Assembly: GCA_965237415.1 (NCBI GenBank)
Contig: CBDEFM010000002.1
Span: forward strand, 2,784,001-2,848,000
DNA from: Alphaproteobacteria bacterium
GTDB lineage: Bacteria; Pseudomonadota; Alphaproteobacteria; UBA828
Direction of reading: 5' to 3'
DNA: 64,000 nucleotides
This document shows, piece after piece, positions 10,413 through 20,818 of this stretch. Every line of letters starts with the position of its first letter. The stretch's first letter is position 1. The notes beneath the pieces were generated by a model. The model was not told the DNA's origin and made no database searches. It saw only the letters and a program-made list of their open reading frames with translations. The position numbers and the translations under genes were made by a program.

Positions 10413-11346
10413 GTCCGTCCGTTCCATGGTCGTGTTCGTGGTGGTGTCCGTGCCCGTGGCCGCCGGCGCGGTCCGCATCGGTGCCGATGCCCTCGACATG
10501 GTGGTGGTGGCCGACCTGGGGCGCGCCGAGGTCGCCCTCATGGCCGATGATCTGCTCGCGATACTTGCAGAGCTGGCAGTTCATGCGGTTGTCGCCTTCG
10601 GGGATCTCGGCGATCCGCGCGAGGAAGGCGTCCACCACCAGCGGGTGGTCGTTGAGGTAGGCGGCCTTGCGGAAGGCGACGTTGGGATGGGCGCGGGCGG
10701 CGGCATCCACCGCATCGTAGATGCGCCGCACCAGCACGCCGGTAAAGAGGAAGTAGGGGAAGACGACGATACGCTTGAAGCCGAAGCCCGCAATCCGCTC
10801 AAGCGCCGGGCCGACCAGGGGCGTGGTGACGCCGCTGTAGCAGGTCTCCGCCCAGCCGAAGCCCAGGCCTTCCCACAGCATGCGGGTGACCTTGGCGATA
10901 TTGCTGTTGGCGTCGGGATCGGAGGTGCCGCGCCCCACCACGACGAGGAGGCTGTCGGCCGGCGCGGCATCGCCGGGCTCCTGTGCGGCCTCGATGCGCT
11001 CTGCCGCGGCCCGCAGCAGCAGCGGATCGACCGCGAGATCGCGCCCGTAGCGGATCGCGAGACCTGGATTGGCGGCAGCGAAGCCATTGAGCACCGAGGG
11101 GATGTCGTTCTTGGCGTGGCCTGCGGCGAAGAGCATGCCGGGCACGGCGTCGATGGCGCTGGCACCCGAATCGCGCAGCGCCTCCAGCGTGCTGCCGATG
11201 GTGGGCCGCGCGAATTCAAGGAAGCCGTGGCTCACCCGTCGCGCCGGCAGGCGCGCGGCGACCACGGCGGCCAAGTGCTCGAACTCCGCGACCGCCGCGT
11301 TGTCTCGGCTGCCGTGGCCGCAGAGAAGCACCGCCGGCTCGCTCAT
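10390..11346 (-). CDS. cbiX: Sirohydrochlorin cobaltochelatase CbiX, long form with Cys motif and His-rich tail
   Basis: CGHGSRD, FLEFARP, AAGHAKNDIP, GRGTSDPDAN, PYFLFTGVL, MNCQLCKY, HHHHVEGIG and poly-His C-terminus. Confidence 0.92.
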   Translation of the reverse strand: MSEPAVLLCGHGSRDNAAVAEFEHLAAVVAARLPARRVSHGFLEFARPTIGSTLEALRDSGASAIDAVPGMLFAAGHAKNDIPSVLNGFAAANPGLAIRYGRDLAVDPLLLRAAAERIEAAQEPGDAAPADSLLVVVGRGTSDPDANSNIAKVTRMLWEGLGFGWAETCYSGVTTPLVGPALERIAGFGFKRIVVFPYFLFTGVLVRRIYDAVDAAARAHPNVAFRKAAYLNDHPLVVDAFLARIAEIPEGDNRMNCQLCKYREQIIGHEGDLGAPQVGHHHHVEGIGTDADRAGGHGHGHHHEHDHGTDGHGGHHRG

Positions 11347-11402
11347 CGCCCGCCTCCATTCCGTCCATTGACCGCAATGCGCGGGCTTTCCATTGTGGGC
11401 CG

Positions 11403-12401
11403 ATGCTCCTCTTCGCCGCGCCCGACTGGCCAATCGGCCCGGGGGTGCCGCTCGTCCTCCTGATCGCCCTCGCGCTCGACGCGCTTATCGGCGACCCGCG
11501 CTGGCTCCCGCATCCTATCCGCCTGATGGGCTGGCTCACCGGTTTCCTCGACCGCACCCTCAATCGGGAGCGCTTGGGCGTGGCCGCCCGCGTGTTTCTC
11601 GGCGCGGTTGCGGTGCTGCTGGTCGTGGGTGTGAGCGCCGTCGCCGGCTGGCTCATCGCCGACCAAGCGTCCGCTCTCGGCTGGGGCTGGCTCGTCGAGC
11701 TCGCGTTGGTGACGATGCTGTTCGCGCAGCGCACCATGGCCGATCACATGGTGCGGGTGGCGCGGGCCCTCGATACCGGCGCAGACCCCGCGCGGGCCGA
11801 GCTGCGCCACATCGTCGGCCGGGACGTAAGCGCCCTCGATGAGCACGGTATCGCCCGCGCGGCGATCGAGAGCGGTGCCGAGAACTATTCCGACGGCGTG
11901 GTCGCACCCGCCTTCTGGTATCTGTTGCTCGGCCTGCCGGGGCTGCTCGCCTACAAGGCGATCAACACGATGGACAGCATGGTCGGCCACCGCTCGCCCC
12001 GCCACCGCGCCTTCGGCCGCGCGGCGGCGCGCATCGACGATGCGGTGAACTGGGTGCCGGCGCGCATCGCGGGCGGGCTGATCGCGGCGGCGGCCGTCGT
12101 CGTTCCCGGTGCCGCGCCGGGCCAAGCGTGGCGCACCATGCTGCGCGACGCCCCCCGGCACAGCTCGCCCAATGCCGGCTGGCCGGAAGCCGCGATGGCC
12201 GGCGCGCTCGGTCTCGCCTTGCTGGGCCCCCGCTACTACGAGGGCGAAGCGGCGGCCGACGAGGCCTGGCTCGGCGACGGCCGCAAGGCCGCGACAGCGG
12301 ATGACGTGCGGCGCACGGTCTGGGTCTTCGCGGCGGCGTGCGCGCTGGTGGCGGTGCTCACCGCCGCCATCGCTGCCGGGACGGCGCTCAGCGGGTCGTA
12401 G
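11403..12401 (+). CDS. cbiB: Adenosylcobinamide-phosphate synthase (CbiB/CobD)
   Basis: DALIGDP..PHP, IVGRD, ESGAENYSDGVVAP, YKAINTMDSMVG, SPNAGWPEAAMA; multiple hydrophobic segments. Confidence 0.95.
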   Translation: MLLFAAPDWPIGPGVPLVLLIALALDALIGDPRWLPHPIRLMGWLTGFLDRTLNRERLGVAARVFLGAVAVLLVVGVSAVAGWLIADQASALGWGWLVELALVTMLFAQRTMADHMVRVARALDTGADPARAELRHIVGRDVSALDEHGIARAAIESGAENYSDGVVAPAFWYLLLGLPGLLAYKAINTMDSMVGHRSPRHRAFGRAAARIDDAVNWVPARIAGGLIAAAAVVVPGAAPGQAWRTMLRDAPRHSSPNAGWPEAAMAGALGLALLGPRYYEGEAAADEAWLGDGRKAATADDVRRTVWVFAAACALVAVLTAAIAAGTALSGS

Positions 12402-12408
12402 CCGAGGC

Positions 12409-13905
12409 TCAGCGCGCACGGGCCACCTCAAGCAGGTGGTCGAGGTCGAGATGGGCCTCGAGATGGGCGGCGAGGGCGTCGAGGGTCTCCTCCACCAGGG
12501 CGTCGTAGGCGATGCTGGCCGTCTCCCGCCGGCGCAGCCGGCCGAGGAAGGCACGGCGGAAGCCATCGGCGGCGAAGAGCCCGTGCAGATAGCAGCCCAT
12601 GACCCGGCCGTTGCCCGAGCGTGCACCGTCCGGCCCGCTTGCAAGCGTGACCAACGGCCGCGCCGTATCCGGCCCCGTGGTGTGGCCTGTGTGCATCTCG
12701 TAGCCTGAGACCGCCTCGCCGCCTTCGCTGGCGCGGCCCGATGCACGAACGAGGCGCTTGCCCTCGCTCATCACCGTTTCGACATCGAGCAGGCCGAGCC
12801 CCGGAGTCTCCCCCGGCGGCCCCTCGATGCCGGCCGGGTCGGCGACGCGGTGGCCCAGCATCTGGTAGCCGCCGCAGAGGCCCACCAGCCAGCCGCCGCG
12901 CCGCACGTGCGCCTGAATGTCGAGCGCCCAGCCCTCGCGGTGCAGCGCCTCCAAATCGCTGCGGGTTGCCTTGCTGCCCGGCAGCAGCACGAGGTCGGCG
13001 TCCCCCGGCAGCGCCCGGCCCGGCGGCACGAGGTCGAGCACGGTATCGGGCTCGGCGCGGAGCGGGTCGAGATCGTCGGTGTTCGAGATGCGCGGCAGGC
13101 GGGGCACAGCGATCTTGATCGCGCGGCCGGTTGAGGCTGCGGGCATGGCCGGCGTGGAATCCAGGCTCACGCTGTCCTCGGCGGGCAGCAGCCGGGCGGC
13201 TTCGAACCAGGGAACGAGGCCGAGCGCGGCCCACCCGGTCTCCCGCTCTATGATCACATTGGCGCCATCGAAGAGCGTGGCATCGCCGCGGAACTTGTTG
13301 ATGACGAAACCCTTGGTGAGCGCGCGCTCGGGCGCCGGCAGCAGCGCCCAGGTGCCGACCAGGCTCGCGATCACCCCGCCCCGGTCCACATCCCCCACCA
13401 GCGCCACGGGCACCTGGGCGGCCAGGGCGAAGCCCATGTTGGCGATGTCGTTCTCCCGCAGGTTGACCTCGGCCGGGCTGCCCGCGCCTTCCACCAGGAT
13501 CAGGTCGGCCTCCTGCCCGAGCCGCCCGAAACTCTCCAGCACGCGGGGCATCAGCGTGGCCTTGAGCGCGTGGTAGTGGCGCGCGTTCGCTGTGCCCGTC
13601 ACCCGGCCCTGGACCACCACCTGGGCGCCGTGCTCGCTTTCCGGCTTGAGCAGTACCGGATTCATGTGGACGCAGGGTTCGATACCGGCGGCGCGGGCCT
13701 GCAGCGCCTGGGCGCGGCCGATCTCGCGCCCATCGCCTGCGACCGCGGCGTTGTTGGACATGTTCTGCGGCTTGAAGGGGCGCACGCGCAAGCCCCGCGC
13801 CGCATAAGCCCGGCACAGGCCCGCGACGAGCAGGGACTTGCCGACGTTGGAGCCGGTGCCCTGAAACATCAAGGCCGGAGGCCTCTGGGCTGCCGCGTCT
13901 GGCAT
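12409..13905 (-). CDS. cobQ: Cobyric acid synthase
   Basis: [52 protein letters not shown]. Confidence 0.96.
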   Translation of the reverse strand: MPDAAAQRPPALMFQGTGSNVGKSLLVAGLCRAYAARGLRVRPFKPQNMSNNAAVAGDGREIGRAQALQARAAGIEPCVHMNPVLLKPESEHGAQVVVQGRVTGTANARHYHALKATLMPRVLESFGRLGQEADLILVEGAGSPAEVNLRENDIANMGFALAAQVPVALVGDVDRGGVIASLVGTWALLPAPERALTKGFVINKFRGDATLFDGANVIIERETGWAALGLVPWFEAARLLPAEDSVSLDSTPAMPAASTGRAIKIAVPRLPRISNTDDLDPLRAEPDTVLDLVPPGRALPGDADLVLLPGSKATRSDLEALHREGWALDIQAHVRRGGWLVGLCGGYQMLGHRVADPAGIEGPPGETPGLGLLDVETVMSEGKRLVRASGRASEGGEAVSGYEMHTGHTTGPDTARPLVTLASGPDGARSGNGRVMGCYLHGLFAADGFRRAFLGRLRRRETASIAYDALVEETLDALAAHLEAHLDLDHLLEVARAR

Positions 13906-14522
13906 CAGAATTCGATGCCCACCTGCGCCTTCACGCCCGCGCGGAAGGGATGCTTGATCTCGGTCATCTCGGTCACGAGGTCGGCCATCTCGATCAGCGC
14001 CGGCTTCGCGTTGCGGCCGGTGACCACGACGTGTTGGTTAGGGTCGCGCGCGGCAAGCCCCGCAAGCACGGCGTCGAGATCGAGATAGTCGTAGCGGAGC
14101 ACGATGTTGAGCTCGTCCAGCACCACGAGGCGGTAGGAGGGGTCGGCCAGGAACTCTTGCGCCGCCTCCCACGCCTTGCGCGCGGCGCCGAGGTCGCGCT
14201 GGCGGTCCTGCGTGTCCCAGGTGAAGCCTTCGCCCATCACGCGGACCGTGATGAGGTCGGGGAAGCGCTCCAGCACGGCGCGCTCGCCGGTCGCCCACTT
14301 CCCCTTCACGAACTGCACCACGCCCACCTTCATGCCGTTGCCGATGGCACGTGCCGCGAGGCCGAAAGCGGCGGTCGACTTGCCCTTGCCCTTGCCGGTG
14401 TGGACGATGAGCAGGCCCTTCTCGATGGTCTTGGTGGCCAGCATGCGCTCGCGCGCCGCCTTGCGCTTGCGCATCTTCTCGGCATGGCGCCGGTCGAGCT
14501 CAGCCTCGGTCTCGTTCGCCAT
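13905..14522 (-). CDS. cobO: Cob(I)yrinic acid a,c-diamide adenosyltransferase
   Basis: [42 protein letters not shown]. Confidence 0.96.
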   Translation of the reverse strand: MANETEAELDRRHAEKMRKRKAARERMLATKTIEKGLLIVHTGKGKGKSTAAFGLAARAIGNGMKVGVVQFVKGKWATGERAVLERFPDLITVRVMGEGFTWDTQDRQRDLGAARKAWEAAQEFLADPSYRLVVLDELNIVLRYDYLDLDAVLAGLAARDPNQHVVVTGRNAKPALIEMADLVTEMTEIKHPFRAGVKAQVGIEF

Positions 14523-17500
14523 CAGAGTGCCTCCTGCCTGCCGTCGCGGAGCGCCGCGAGCAGGGTATGAGCATGGTTCGCGCGGGGCCGCCAGAGGCTG
14601 CGTTCCTGCGCCTCCAGCAGCCGCTCGGCAAGCTCGCGCAGCGCCGCCGGGTTCGCGTCTTCCATAAAGTCACGCACATCGTCGTCCGCCACATAGGCGT
14701 CGAACACCGCGTCGAAGTGGTGGTCCTTCACGGCGCCGGTGGTGGCGGCGAAGGCGAAGAGGTAGTCCACCGTCGCCGCGATCTCGAAGGCGCCCTTGTA
14801 GCCGTGCCGCATGACGCCCGCGATCCACTTCGGGTTGGTCACGCGCGCCCGGACCACGCGGCCGAGCTCGTCGGCAAGCGTGCGGATGCGGGGGTTGTCG
14901 GGCACCGAGTGGTCGTTGTGATAGAGCGCCGGCGCCCGGCCCGCGTGAACCGTCACCGCCGCCGCAAGCCCGCCCTCGAACTGGTAGTAGTCGTCGCTGT
15001 CCAAGAGGTCGTGCTCGCGGTTGTCCTGGTTCTGCACCACCGCCTCGACCGCGCCGAGGCGGCGTTCGAAGAGCGCGTGCTCTGCCGCGCCCCCTTCGCC
15101 CGCGCCGTAGGCCCAGCCGCCCCAGGCAACGTAGGCCTGGGCGAGGTCGCTGGCGTCCGCCCAGCCGCGCTCGTCGATCAGTGCCTGCAGGCCGGCACCG
15201 TAGGCGCCGGGCTTCGAGCCGAAGACGCGATAGGAGGCCAGGCGCCGGGCCCGGGCCTCGGTCGCGCCGTCTTCGGCGAGCAGGGCGGCATCGGCGGCGA
15301 CCTTGGCGGCGAGCGGGTTGTCGTCCGCGCCCTCGTCGAGGTCGGCGACCGCGCGCACCGCGGAATCGAAGAGATCGATCAGCCCGGGGAAAGCGTCGCG
15401 GAAGAAGCCCGAGACCCGGAGCGTCACATCGACCCTGGGCCGGTCGAGCAGGTCGAGCGGCATGATCTCGAAGCCGGTCACACGGCCCGACGGGCCTTCC
15501 CAACGCGGGCGCGCGCCGATGAGCGCGAGCGCTTGGGCAATGTCGTCCCCGCCCGTGCGCATGTTCGACGTGCCCCAGGCGCTGAGCGCCATCGCCCGCG
15601 GCCAGTCGCCGTGGGTCTGCGCGTAGTGCTCCACCAGGAGCTGGGCCGAGGCCCAGCCCAGCTGCCACGCCGCGGCGGTCGGCACCTGGCGTGTGTCCAC
15701 CGAATAGAAGTTCCGCCCCGTCGGCAGCACGTCCGGGCGGCCGCGCGTGGGTGCGCCGGCGGCACCGGGCGCCACGAAGCGGCCGTCGAGGGCTGTGAGC
15801 AGGCCGGCCGTCTCGGCGTCGGCGCTCGCGTCCAGCGCAGGGCCGATGGTCTCGGTTACTTCGTGCAGCACGGCGGTACTCGCACGCCACTCGGCGGGCA
15901 GGCGCTGGCTGCCGGCGATCAGGCTGGCCGACAGATTCTCCAGGCGCTCCACCGTGTCGCCGGTGCTGCGCCAGGGCACACCGTTGGCAAGCGCCTGGGG
16001 CCGCGGGCCCCGCCAGGGCTCGGCGAGCGGGGCCGAAAGCGGGTCGACGCCAAGCGCGAGATCGTCGGCCAACGCGCGCAGGATGGAGGCCTCTCCCGCG
16101 CCGGGTCCGCGCACGCTCCGCGCGATGGCGCGCAGAAGCTCGTTGCGGCGCTGGGGCTCCGGCGCTTCGCCGAAGATGTGGAGGCCGTCCCGGATCTGCA
16201 TCTCTTTGATTTCGCAGAGATAACCGTCGAGCTTGCGGAGCGCGTCGTCGCTGCCATCCGTGGCCTGGATGCCGCAATCCTGGTCGAGCCCGATGGAGGC
16301 GGAAAGCTCCAGGATGCGCGCGCTCAAGGGCGGGCAGCGGCGCGGATCGACCGAGGCGGCGTCGAAGAACTCGTCCACCAGCCGCTCCAGCTCCTCCAGC
16401 GCGCCGTGGCTGCCGGCGCGGGTGAGCGGCGGCGTCAGGTGATCGACGATCACTGCAGCCCCGCGCCGCTTGGCCTGGCTGCCCTCGCCGGGGTCGTTCA
16501 CGATGAAGGGATAGACGTGCGGGAGCGGACCGAGCGCGGCTTCCGGAAAGCACTCGGCGGAGAGCGCCAGCGCCTTCCCCGGCAGCCATTCCACGTTGCC
16601 GTGCTTGCCCACGTGCACCACCGCATGGGCATCGAAAGACGTGCGCACCCACGCGTAGAAGGCGAGGTAGCCGTGCGGCGGCGGCAGGTCGGGGTCGTGG
16701 TATGACTTCTCAGGGTCGATGTTGTAGCCGCGCGCCGGCTGGATCGCGACGACCACGTTGCCGAATCGCACCGCAGCGAGCGCAAAGCATCCCACATCCT
16801 GGCGGAAGAAGGGGTCTGCTTGCGGCTCGCCCCAGCGCTCGGCGACCGTAGCTTGCACGGGTGCGGGCAACGCGTTGAAAAAGCGTGTGTAATCGGCAAA
16901 GGGGAGCGTGGCCTCGGGCGGTTTGGCGCGGGAATCGGCGGCGTTGGTGGGGCCTGCGGTCAGACGCGCCATAAGCGCCGCGCCGTCCACCGGCCCGTTT
17001 TCCACCCGGTAGCCGGCTTCCTTCAGGGCCTGCATGATCCGCACCGTGCTCGCCGGCGTGTCGAGGCCGACGCCGTTGCCGATGCGCCCGTCGCGGTTGG
17101 GGTAGTTGGCGAGCACCAGAGCCACCCGGCGTTCCGCCGGCGCCGCGCGCGCGAGGCGCACCCAGGCGGCGGCAAGGGCGGCGACGAAGCGGCAGCGCTC
17201 CTCGTTGGGCTCCGACACCACGATGGGCGCTTGCGTCCCCTTATCGAAGCGTGCCTCGGTCTTGAAGGCGACCGCTCTCGTGAGAATCCGCCCGTCGACC
17301 TCGGGCAGCGCCACGTTCATCGCAATGTCGCGGGGCGAGAGGCCGCGCGTGGCCTCCGCCCACTGGCGCTCCGTGGCGCCGGCGATGATCGCCTGCAGCA
17401 CTGGCACGCCGGCTTGGGCGAAGGGGGTTTCCTGCGGCGCGCTGGGGCGGGAGACGGCGAAGCCCGTGGCGTTGAGCACGATTGCGGGCTCGGCGGCGCG

Positions 17501-18262
17501 CATGAGCGTGCCGATCAGCTCCGCCGCCGGCTTGTCTCTCAGGCTGGTGACGAAGATGGGCAGCGGGTCGAGGCCTGTGTCCTGGAGCGCCGCCACCAGC
17601 GCATCCACGGGCGCGAGCGAGCCTCCCTGCAGCAGCGCCCGATAGAAGACCACGCACGCACGCGGCGCACCTGCGCGCCAATGGGCCATCACGTCTTCGA
17701 GCGCGCACACGCCGGCGCCCGGCCAATAGAGGCCCGCGTGCGGCACCGGCCGGGGCGGGCGCCAGTCCGACTCGCGGCCGATCTGCGCGGCGGCGTAGCG
17801 GAGCGCATTCCGGGCATTGTCGATGCCGCCATGGATGCAGTAGCGCCAGAGCGTCTCTGCCGCCTCCGGCGGGAGCGTGCTGCGCCCGGCGAGCCCCGCA
17901 TCCGGTTTGTCGTCGCCGGGCAGCCAGACGATGGGGATGCCATGCGCCGAGCAGACGTCGGTCAGACGCTCGACGCCATAGGGCCAGTAGCTCTCGCCGC
18001 CCAAGAGCCGCACGATCACCAGCCGCGCACCGGCGATCACCTGTTCGGCGTAACGGTCGACCGAGAGGTTATGGCCGAGCTGCATCAGGTTCGCGAGGCG
18101 GAGCGTGGGCGCGCCGTCTTCGAGCCCGGCCTGCGCATGAGCGAAACAGGCGAGCTCGGTATCGGCGGCGGAAAGCAGCACGATATCCCCCGGCGACTGG
18201 CCGAGGTCCACGGCGTCGGCGCCGTCCTCGATGGCGCCCGGCTGCGCGGCGAGCAGGTGCAA
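14522..18262 (-). CDS. cobN: Cobaltochelatase large subunit
   Basis: MHLL start (TTG), LANYP, GVGLDTP, HVGKHGNVEWLPGK, PTGRNFY, WGTSNMRTGGDD, NPKWI. Confidence 0.96.
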   Translation of the reverse strand: MHLLAAQPGAIEDGADAVDLGQSPGDIVLLSAADTELACFAHAQAGLEDGAPTLRLANLMQLGHNLSVDRYAEQVIAGARLVIVRLLGGESYWPYGVERLTDVCSAHGIPIVWLPGDDKPDAGLAGRSTLPPEAAETLWRYCIHGGIDNARNALRYAAAQIGRESDWRPPRPVPHAGLYWPGAGVCALEDVMAHWRAGAPRACVVFYRALLQGGSLAPVDALVAALQDTGLDPLPIFVTSLRDKPAAELIGTLMRAAEPAIVLNATGFAVSRPSAPQETPFAQAGVPVLQAIIAGATERQWAEATRGLSPRDIAMNVALPEVDGRILTRAVAFKTEARFDKGTQAPIVVSEPNEERCRFVAALAAAWVRLARAAPAERRVALVLANYPNRDGRIGNGVGLDTPASTVRIMQALKEAGYRVENGPVDGAALMARLTAGPTNAADSRAKPPEATLPFADYTRFFNALPAPVQATVAERWGEPQADPFFRQDVGCFALAAVRFGNVVVAIQPARGYNIDPEKSYHDPDLPPPHGYLAFYAWVRTSFDAHAVVHVGKHGNVEWLPGKALALSAECFPEAALGPLPHVYPFIVNDPGEGSQAKRRGAAVIVDHLTPPLTRAGSHGALEELERLVDEFFDAASVDPRRCPPLSARILELSASIGLDQDCGIQATDGSDDALRKLDGYLCEIKEMQIRDGLHIFGEAPEPQRRNELLRAIARSVRGPGAGEASILRALADDLALGVDPLSAPLAEPWRGPRPQALANGVPWRSTGDTVERLENLSASLIAGSQRLPAEWRASTAVLHEVTETIGPALDASADAETAGLLTALDGRFVAPGAAGAPTRGRPDVLPTGRNFYSVDTRQVPTAAAWQLGWASAQLLVEHYAQTHGDWPRAMALSAWGTSNMRTGGDDIAQALALIGARPRWEGPSGRVTGFEIMPLDLLDRPRVDVTLRVSGFFRDAFPGLIDLFDSAVRAVADLDEGADDNPLAAKVAADAALLAEDGATEARARRLASYRVFGSKPGAYGAGLQALIDERGWADASDLAQAYVAWGGWAYGAGEGGAAEHALFERRLGAVEAVVQNQDNREHDLLDSDDYYQFEGGLAAAVTVHAGRAPALYHNDHSVPDNPRIRTLADELGRVVRARVTNPKWIAGVMRHGYKGAFEIAATVDYLFAFAATTGAVKDHHFDAVFDAYVADDDVRDFMEDANPAALRELAERLLEAQERSLWRPRANHAHTLLAALRDGRQEAL

Positions 18263-18275
18263 GGCTTAGGCCCCT

Positions 18276-19310
18276 TCAGCCGAGGATTGCGGCTTCGACG
18301 ACCGCCCGGTCGAGGGGCGCGAGGCCGATCACGACGAGGCGGCTCTCCCGCGCCTCGTGCGCGTGCCAGTCGCGGTCGAAGTGGCGGTCGACGCGGGTGC
18401 CGACCGCCTGCACCACCAGCCGCCGCCTGCGGCCGGCCACATCGAGGAATCCCTTGGCACGCAGGACACCGTGCGCGGCTGCCGCGGCGCTCAGCCGCTC
18501 CGCGAAGGCCGCCGGGTCGTCGATGGTGCCGGGCGCCATTACGAAGCTCTCGAACTCGTCGTGGTCGTGCGGCTCGTCGAGGCCGTCATGGTGCGAGCGG
18601 CGGCTTGCGAGATCGGCCTCGGCAGCGGCATCGAGGCCCAGCAGGAGGTCGGGCGGCACGCGCCCGTGCGCCGCCTTGACGATGCGGGCACCCGGCTTCA
18701 AGTACGGCAGCATAAGCGCCTCGCCTTCCTCGGCGCCGCCGGCAGCCAGCAGGTCGGACTTGTTGAGGATCACCATGTCGGCGCAGCCGATCTGGTCCTC
18801 GAAAACCTCGGCCAGTGGCGACTCGTGATCGAGGGCGTCGTCCGCCTCGCGCTGGGCCTGGAGGGCGTCTTCGTCGTCGGCGAAGCGGCCCTCCGCCAGC
18901 GCCGGGCCGTCCACCACCGCGACCACGCCGTCGACGGTGAGCCGGGTGCGGATCTCGGGCCAGTTGAAGGCGGCGACCAGGGGTTTGGGGAGCGCAAGGC
19001 CCGAGGTCTCGATCAGGATGTGCTCGGGCGCGGGGTCGCGGGCGAGCAGCGCCTCGATCGCCGGCACGAAGTCGTCGGCGACGGTGCAGCAGATGCAGCC
19101 GTTGGCGAGCTCGACGATATCGGCCTCGTCGCAGGCCGTATCGCCGCATCCCTGCAGCACCTCCTGGTCGATACCGAGGTCGCCGAACTCGTTGATGATG
19201 AGCGCGATGCGCCGCCCGTTGGCTTCGCTCAGCGCGTGGCGGATGAGGCTGGTCTTGCCGGCGCCGAGGAAGCCGGTGATCACGGTCGTGGGAATTTTTT
19301 GGTCCTGCAT
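18276..19310 (-). CDS. cobW: Cobalamin biosynthesis GTPase (COG0523 family)
   Basis: GFLGAGKT, NEFG, NGCICCT, ETSGLA, His-rich HHDGLDEPHDHDEF; directly upstream of cobN. Confidence 0.95.
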   Translation of the reverse strand: MQDQKIPTTVITGFLGAGKTSLIRHALSEANGRRIALIINEFGDLGIDQEVLQGCGDTACDEADIVELANGCICCTVADDFVPAIEALLARDPAPEHILIETSGLALPKPLVAAFNWPEIRTRLTVDGVVAVVDGPALAEGRFADDEDALQAQREADDALDHESPLAEVFEDQIGCADMVILNKSDLLAAGGAEEGEALMLPYLKPGARIVKAAHGRVPPDLLLGLDAAAEADLASRRSHHDGLDEPHDHDEFESFVMAPGTIDDPAAFAERLSAAAAAHGVLRAKGFLDVAGRRRRLVVQAVGTRVDRHFDRDWHAHEARESRLVVIGLAPLDRAVVEAAILG

Positions 19311-19316
19311 CGCACC

Positions 19317-20234
19317 TCACACTGTCAGGCGGTTCCACCCGGTGCCTTCGTGGCCGAAGCCGAAGTGCGCCGGATGGAGGATTTCGGCCAGGATCTCCAG
19401 GGACTCCACGAGCCGCGGCCCCGGCCGATTGAAATAGGCATTGCCGTCGGTGGCATAGACCGCACCGGCCCGCACGGCACGGAGCTCGCTCCAGGCCGGA
19501 TCGGCGACCAGCGCGCGGCCGTCTTCGATGGTGCGCGGCAGGTCGTAGCCGCAGGGCATGAGCACGATCGCGTCGGGATCGGCGGCGCGCACCGCCTCGA
19601 TGCTAATCCTTGGCGAGTGGCTGCCGTCGGCGCCCAGGGTGTCGATCCCGCCCGCGAGGGTCACCAGTTCCGGCACCCAGTTGCCGGCGGTCATGGGTGG
19701 GTCGCTCCACTCGACGGTGAGGACGCGCTTGGGCGCAAGGGCCTTGGCGCGCTTGGCGATTGCGTCCACCCGCGTCCGCAATCCGTCGCAGACCGGCACG
19801 GCATCGACGCCGAGTGCCGCGCCCACGCGCGCGACATCGTCCCACACGTCGCCCAAGCGCATCGGCGCGAGCGAGACGATCTCGACCGGCGCCTCCAGAA
19901 ACTCTGCCGCCGCAGCCTCGACCTCATTCAGGCCCACCGCGCACACATCGCACTGGTCCTGGGTCACGATGTGGCTCGGCCGCGCGGCGCGCAGGATATC
20001 GGTATCGAGGTCGTAGAGGCTGAGCGCCGCCGCGAGAAGCCGGCCCACCTCCTCGTTGATCGCACCGCTTGGAAGGGTCACGTCAATCCTGGCGCGGGTG
20101 CAGGCCGGCGCCCGCGCGACCTCAGGCGGCCAGTCGCATTCGTGGCTGCGGGCGACGATGCTGCCGGCAAGGCCCAAGGCCGCGACGATCTCGGTCGCGC
20201 TCGGCACCAGCGAGGCGATGCGGGGCTCGCTCAC
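19317..20234 (-). CDS. BtuF-like (helical-backbone) cobalamin-binding protein, no evident signal peptide
   Basis: RIASLVPSATEI, SHECDWP, QDQCDVCA, EWSDP, MPCG, FNRPGPRLVES. Confidence 0.8.
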   Translation of the reverse strand: MSEPRIASLVPSATEIVAALGLAGSIVARSHECDWPPEVARAPACTRARIDVTLPSGAINEEVGRLLAAALSLYDLDTDILRAARPSHIVTQDQCDVCAVGLNEVEAAAAEFLEAPVEIVSLAPMRLGDVWDDVARVGAALGVDAVPVCDGLRTRVDAIAKRAKALAPKRVLTVEWSDPPMTAGNWVPELVTLAGGIDTLGADGSHSPRISIEAVRAADPDAIVLMPCGYDLPRTIEDGRALVADPAWSELRAVRAGAVYATDGNAYFNRPGPRLVESLEILAEILHPAHFGFGHEGTGWNRLTV

Positions 20235-20241
20235 GACGCGC

Positions 20242-20781
20242 TCACGGCTTCAGCGTCAGCGGCAGGCCGGCGGCGACGAAAACCACCCGCTCGGCGGCCT
20301 GGGCCACGGCCTGGTTGAGCCGCCCGGCATGGTCGCGAAAGGCGCGGGCGGTCGCGTTCTCCGGCACGATGCCGAGGCCGACCTCGTTCGAGACCAGCAC
20401 CGTGCGCCCCTCCAGCCGGCCGAGGCAGGCGACGAGGCGCTCGATCTCGGCGGCGATATCGCGGCCCGCCTCCATCAGGTTGCTGAGCCAGAGGGTGAGG
20501 CAATCGACCAGTAGCGCGCTGCCGGCGCGGCCCTCGGCTTCGAGGGTCTCGGCGAGCGCGAGCGGCGCCTCGACCGTGCGCCACCCCGGCCCCCGGCGGG
20601 CGCGGTGCGCTGCGATGCGGGCCGCCATCTCGGCGTCGCGCGCCTGCGCCGTGGCGATGTAGAGCCGGGGGCCCGCATGGTCGTCGAGCAGCGCCTCCGC
20701 ATGGGTGCTCTTGCCCGAGCGGGCGCCGCCGAGAACGAGGGTGATGCGCGCCGGAGCCGGCGCCTGGTCGAGACCCGCCAT
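20242..20781 (-). CDS. cobU: Bifunctional adenosylcobinamide kinase / adenosylcobinamide-phosphate guanylyltransferase (CobU/CobP)
   Basis: LGGARSGKS, YIATA, EM..RI..H, DCLTLWLSN, SNEVGLGIVP, AGLP. Confidence 0.96.
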   Translation of the reverse strand: MAGLDQAPAPARITLVLGGARSGKSTHAEALLDDHAGPRLYIATAQARDAEMAARIAAHRARRGPGWRTVEAPLALAETLEAEGRAGSALLVDCLTLWLSNLMEAGRDIAAEIERLVACLGRLEGRTVLVSNEVGLGIVPENATARAFRDHAGRLNQAVAQAAERVVFVAAGLPLTLKP

Positions 20782-20818
20782 GATCCTCCCTCCGAGGACG
20801 TTGCAGCCCTGCCGCGCA

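Noticed and set aside
404-20318. Many long antisense or overlapping ORFs (e.g. 404-2047, 14567-16705, 18357-20318; similarly 54837-57491)
   Set aside because: Shadow frames of high-GC genes; no motifs, and they lie fully opposite well-supported CDSs.
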